NCBI GenBank assembly: GCA_020137815.1
Contig: CM035351.1
Coordinates: forward strand, 4,464,001-4,528,000
DNA length: 64,000 nt
Direction: 5' to 3'
Source: Hormiphora californensis
Taxonomy: Eukaryota; Animalia; Ctenophora
The position numbers and the translations under genes are program-made. Each line of letters starts with the position of its first letter. The first letter of the stretch is position 1. Positions 60,501 to 64,000 of the stretch are shown piece after piece. The notes under the pieces are model-generated. The model saw only the letters and a list, made by a program, of their open reading frames with translations. It did not search any database and had not been told where the DNA came from.

Positions 60501-61198
60501 AAGACCAGATCGTTAGAAATAGTTCCGTAGACGACTCCCCCGCCACAATCCCTCTCTTCAACACATGTCAAACTGGGATCCGGTGTGGTAGCATTGCCTA
60601 TCCAGATATCATCACATATCCCGTCACAAACCCCTCCTAATTTCAAGGTGATCTGGACAATACTTCCATCCTGTAGAGTGAGTGGATAAATCATAGTGCC
60701 ACCATTTATATCGCCACACACCTGACCATATTTGTGAACAAAGTTATCTTTGAAGCCATTGAGACAGACAACTCCACAAACGGGCGGCTGATCGAACAAT
60801 TCAACGATATTTCTACGAAAGGAGAAACCGTTTTCCACTGTCCCACATGCCTGATACATAGCGTCGTCATTTGGACAGCGCACAGAATAATAAGTTGAGA
60901 CCACACGTGTTTTACCGTCGAAGGTTCCTCTTTTTGTGTAGGTCGCATTGGGTGAGGTAATGCACTGGAAGACTCCCTCACCCATCAGCGAATAATTATC
61001 CTTGCTACAAAGCCGGACTAGGAATCCATGGTGATTAACAATGGGACAAAGATGCACCTCTTCATCAGTATCAGGCGGCGATGAATTGACCCTGGACATG
61101 GAGTTAACGAAACTCTCATCTCTAGTGAGGTTTGTTGTGGTCCCCCAGAGAGACCCGACTGTTGAAAATAGCAGGAGTCCAATCATTGTAAGGGACAT
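57600..61198 (-). pseudogene. LDLa-repeat rhodopsin-class GPCR (GRL101-like architecture), intronless, multiple frameshifts
   Basis: Signal peptide MSLTMIGLLLFSTVGSLWG, Cys-rich ectodomain, LDLa repeats (CDLVDDCGDRSDE, CDGKTDCKDFSDEC), TM1-4 in 58643-59491 and TM7 INSVLNPLLYS; the 3' end is approximate. Confidence 0.82.
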
Positions 61199-62139
61199 TT
61201 TCCTGTAGAAATTGTATAATGAGTTTCAGACTTTAAGTATAATAATGTTTCAGGGCGGATTAGGGGGTCGGGATGATCGAGTCAGTAAATTGAGTCTCTA
61301 GAATTTGCATTTGGAGCTGCATAAAAAGACTTTCCTAGCACTTTCATAACACCCAGTGGTTGTGTGATGGACGGACGTTCTACAACAGAGTTTGTACGAT
61401 AAAGTTGCTACTAACTCGGCACAGCTCCTTTTTCTACCAGCGCGATCTACCAGCGTAGATCCTCCTAGGCAAACATTTCTCTTTAAGTGCAAATGAAAAA
61501 TAACACTTCATGTATATCAAAAAGAGCTTATAAAGGCAGCCTCACGCTCCACAACAAAGCTCCGGTATATTTTAAGATATATAAAGGGGTTATATTTTAT
61601 CAGTCTTCAATAGCAATCTTTTAAAACAACTTGACGCGATCATCATGCTAAGTGCTTTTACCACCAAGTTGAGAACAAATGATACTGTAGCGTGCCGGCT
61701 TCTTAGTGGTTCATTAAATGGACGAGAAAGAATGGGTATGAAAAGTTGCTTCATAGAAAATGGTGAGTCAGGACTGGCTAAGGGCTCTTTCAACAACTTC
61801 AATGAAAGTTCACCATTGGTGAATCACCAGACAAAGAGAACTTGCTTCACCAGTTAAATGTAGTGGTGCCTTTTAGTTTTAATGCTGCAAATTAATATTC
61901 AGAAGTGTGCTACTGAGAGTTGACTATAAAAATACCCTAAAGGGTTGTTTTGTACAAAATAACAGTCTAACTTGGCAACTAAAGGGATAATCTCAACTAT
62001 ACTTTAAAGTTGTCAATTGAATATTGAATATTGTAAATTAGGGCGATCCGCCGATCCATAGTTATTTTCAATGCCCTTTTTGAGTACAAACTAATAATTA
62101 TTTTCAGTCGGTATTTATTCTGTTATTTGGGATGGGAAT

Positions 62140-63370
62140 GGTTGTGTGATGTGTGTCGTTGTTGGTAACTTCCACCTCTCACATGACAAGTCCGAACAGT
62201 CCACCTCCGCGTGGTCCATCCTGGGCGGGTCCAGCGTGATCCGGCTAAGAGGCTGCGGGCGATGCGGTGTGTCGTGCTAGCTACTCGTCATGCTTTAAAA
62301 ATTCAGCTACGAATCTCTCGGTGTCCTCCTCAAATTTGGCGTCGGTGAAAGCTGGCAAGGACCGGTACTGCGGCAGCGAGGTTAGGGTGACCAGGGGACG
62401 GGAGGAGGGTAAAGCTGATTCAGGTGATTCGGGGCCCTCCGACCTGATGGGAGCCCCGGTTCCGGTTTCATTCAGTCGCAGAGTTATTTCGGGTCAACAC
62501 ATCCCTGGTGTGGCCCACCCCGGTACATTGAATCCGCTTAATTGTGTTCGTGATTATTTTCATCTGGCAACTTGGAATGTTTTATCTCTACAGTCATCAT
62601 CCTCTAAGTTGTATGAATTATCTAATGCAGTTTCATCTTTCCGACTCGACGTTTTGCTTCTCACAGAAACGCACTGGCCTGGTACGGAGGTTATCAACCT
62701 GGATAACGGGCATCTTTTCATTAACTCTGGCAGGGCAGATGGTTTGAGGCGGCAGGGTGTTGGGTTGGTTTTATCAAAATCTGTCAAGAAGTCCTTAATT
62801 TCCTACAGTCCCTTTTCTGAACGCATCATGGCAGCCCGACTACACACCAAACATGTTAATATTTCCCTTGTTGTTGCATATGCTCCAACCAATGACAAGG
62901 ATGACGCGGTCAAGGAGGAGTTTTACAACCAGTTATCATCGGTTTTGGATAGGCTCCCTCGGCAGGACGTGGTCTTCCTGGGTGGGGATTTCAACGCGAG
63001 GGTTGGTGGTGGGCATTCTCTCCATCAAATTTCCAATGACAACGGTGAGCGGTTGGAGGATTTGTGTGGTGCTTATCAGTTGTCTATTGGTGGGAAGATG
63101 TTCCCTCATAGGGATCATCACAAAGGAACGTGGAAGTCTCCTGACGGTACCACTGTCACGCAGATTGATCATCTGTGTGTTGGAAACAAGTGGCGAAGTT
63201 CTCTGTTAGATGTTAGGGTCCTAAGGAGTGCAGACATCGGGTCTGATCACTATCTGGTACGGGGAAAGGTTAGGATCCGGCTGAGTGCAGCGAAGAACTG
63301 TAGAAAACCAGTCAGGGAGGTTCCAGCCATAGAGAATCTCAGGAAGGGGTGCGACGAGACATTATTTTGA
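62140..63370 (+). mobile_element. RTE-clade LINE 5' part (APE endonuclease), RT domain missing
   Basis: ATWNV, LTETHW, VVAYAPT, GDFNARVG, QIDHLC and GSDHYLV motifs; GC-rich 5' leader. Confidence 0.88.
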
Positions 63371-64000
63371 GTATGGTTGGCGTTCTACGGTCTCTGGAGT
63401 TCTTTTACCAGCTAACCGATTACGATGTCTACAACCACGGTCTTTGTGAAATCCTTGCAATCATCGGATCCCTTTACAAGTAAGAGAGTTAGTCAAAATA
63501 GAAGAGGAATTACATACCATGTACTTAATTTAGGCCAGATTAAAAAATTATAATTTAAACTTGCACTGTTGATATGGGGGACCGGATATAAATCCTGTAC
63601 ACACACTGAGAGAGGGAAGGTCCCCCCATTTAGTGTGTGCCTTGTTCCTTGACCCCTTATTTTGGTGTCCATAGTTGGAGCGCGCGGTGTCTCAATGATA
63701 GTAAATTGTAGTTGTCAGCAGAAGAGTCGCGCACCGGGCGGGACACCTGCAGCACCCCATGACAACCGACCTCTCCAACACTACAAGGCTCTGTCACTAC
63801 TCAACAGCTGCAGCTTGCTATCGGGGGATAAAAACGCTACTTTTTCCTGTCAATAACGGATAAAATGACCCATACCAAAACTAAAAATCGTTCAAAAAAC
63901 ACTAAGCAGTTCCACAAATAAGCATCTCTTTGCACCGCCTCAAAATGTCTCTCTTTTCCTCTGCCACACCTTTTGAAATCTCACTAAGCCCGCCGCTCTC

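Overview
This is gene-dense animal genomic DNA with short GT-AG introns, not prokaryotic sequence. A ctenophore (Pleurobrachia-like) origin is likely, but this rests on my recollection of the repeat families and gene content and is not verified. From left to right the window holds: a 5'-truncated CRE-type retrotransposon; a tandem array (2.2-23.4 kb, minus strand) of six copies of an uncharacterised 7-exon membrane-protein gene with a Cys-containing ectodomain and two PPxY motifs in its tail; a cytosolic sulfotransferase; a TRPM channel; an ankyrin-repeat TRP channel (TRPVL-like) with an intronless homeobox gene nested antisense in one intron; a compact divergent block (ARPC3 <- ASNSD1 <- | -> C10orf67-like -> POLH) that looks like two trans-spliced operons; a frameshifted LDLa-GPCR; and the 5' part of an RTE LINE. 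Introns and spacers carry many foldback MITEs with readable target-site duplications (TSDs). Exon boundaries were read by eye and may be off by a few bases.
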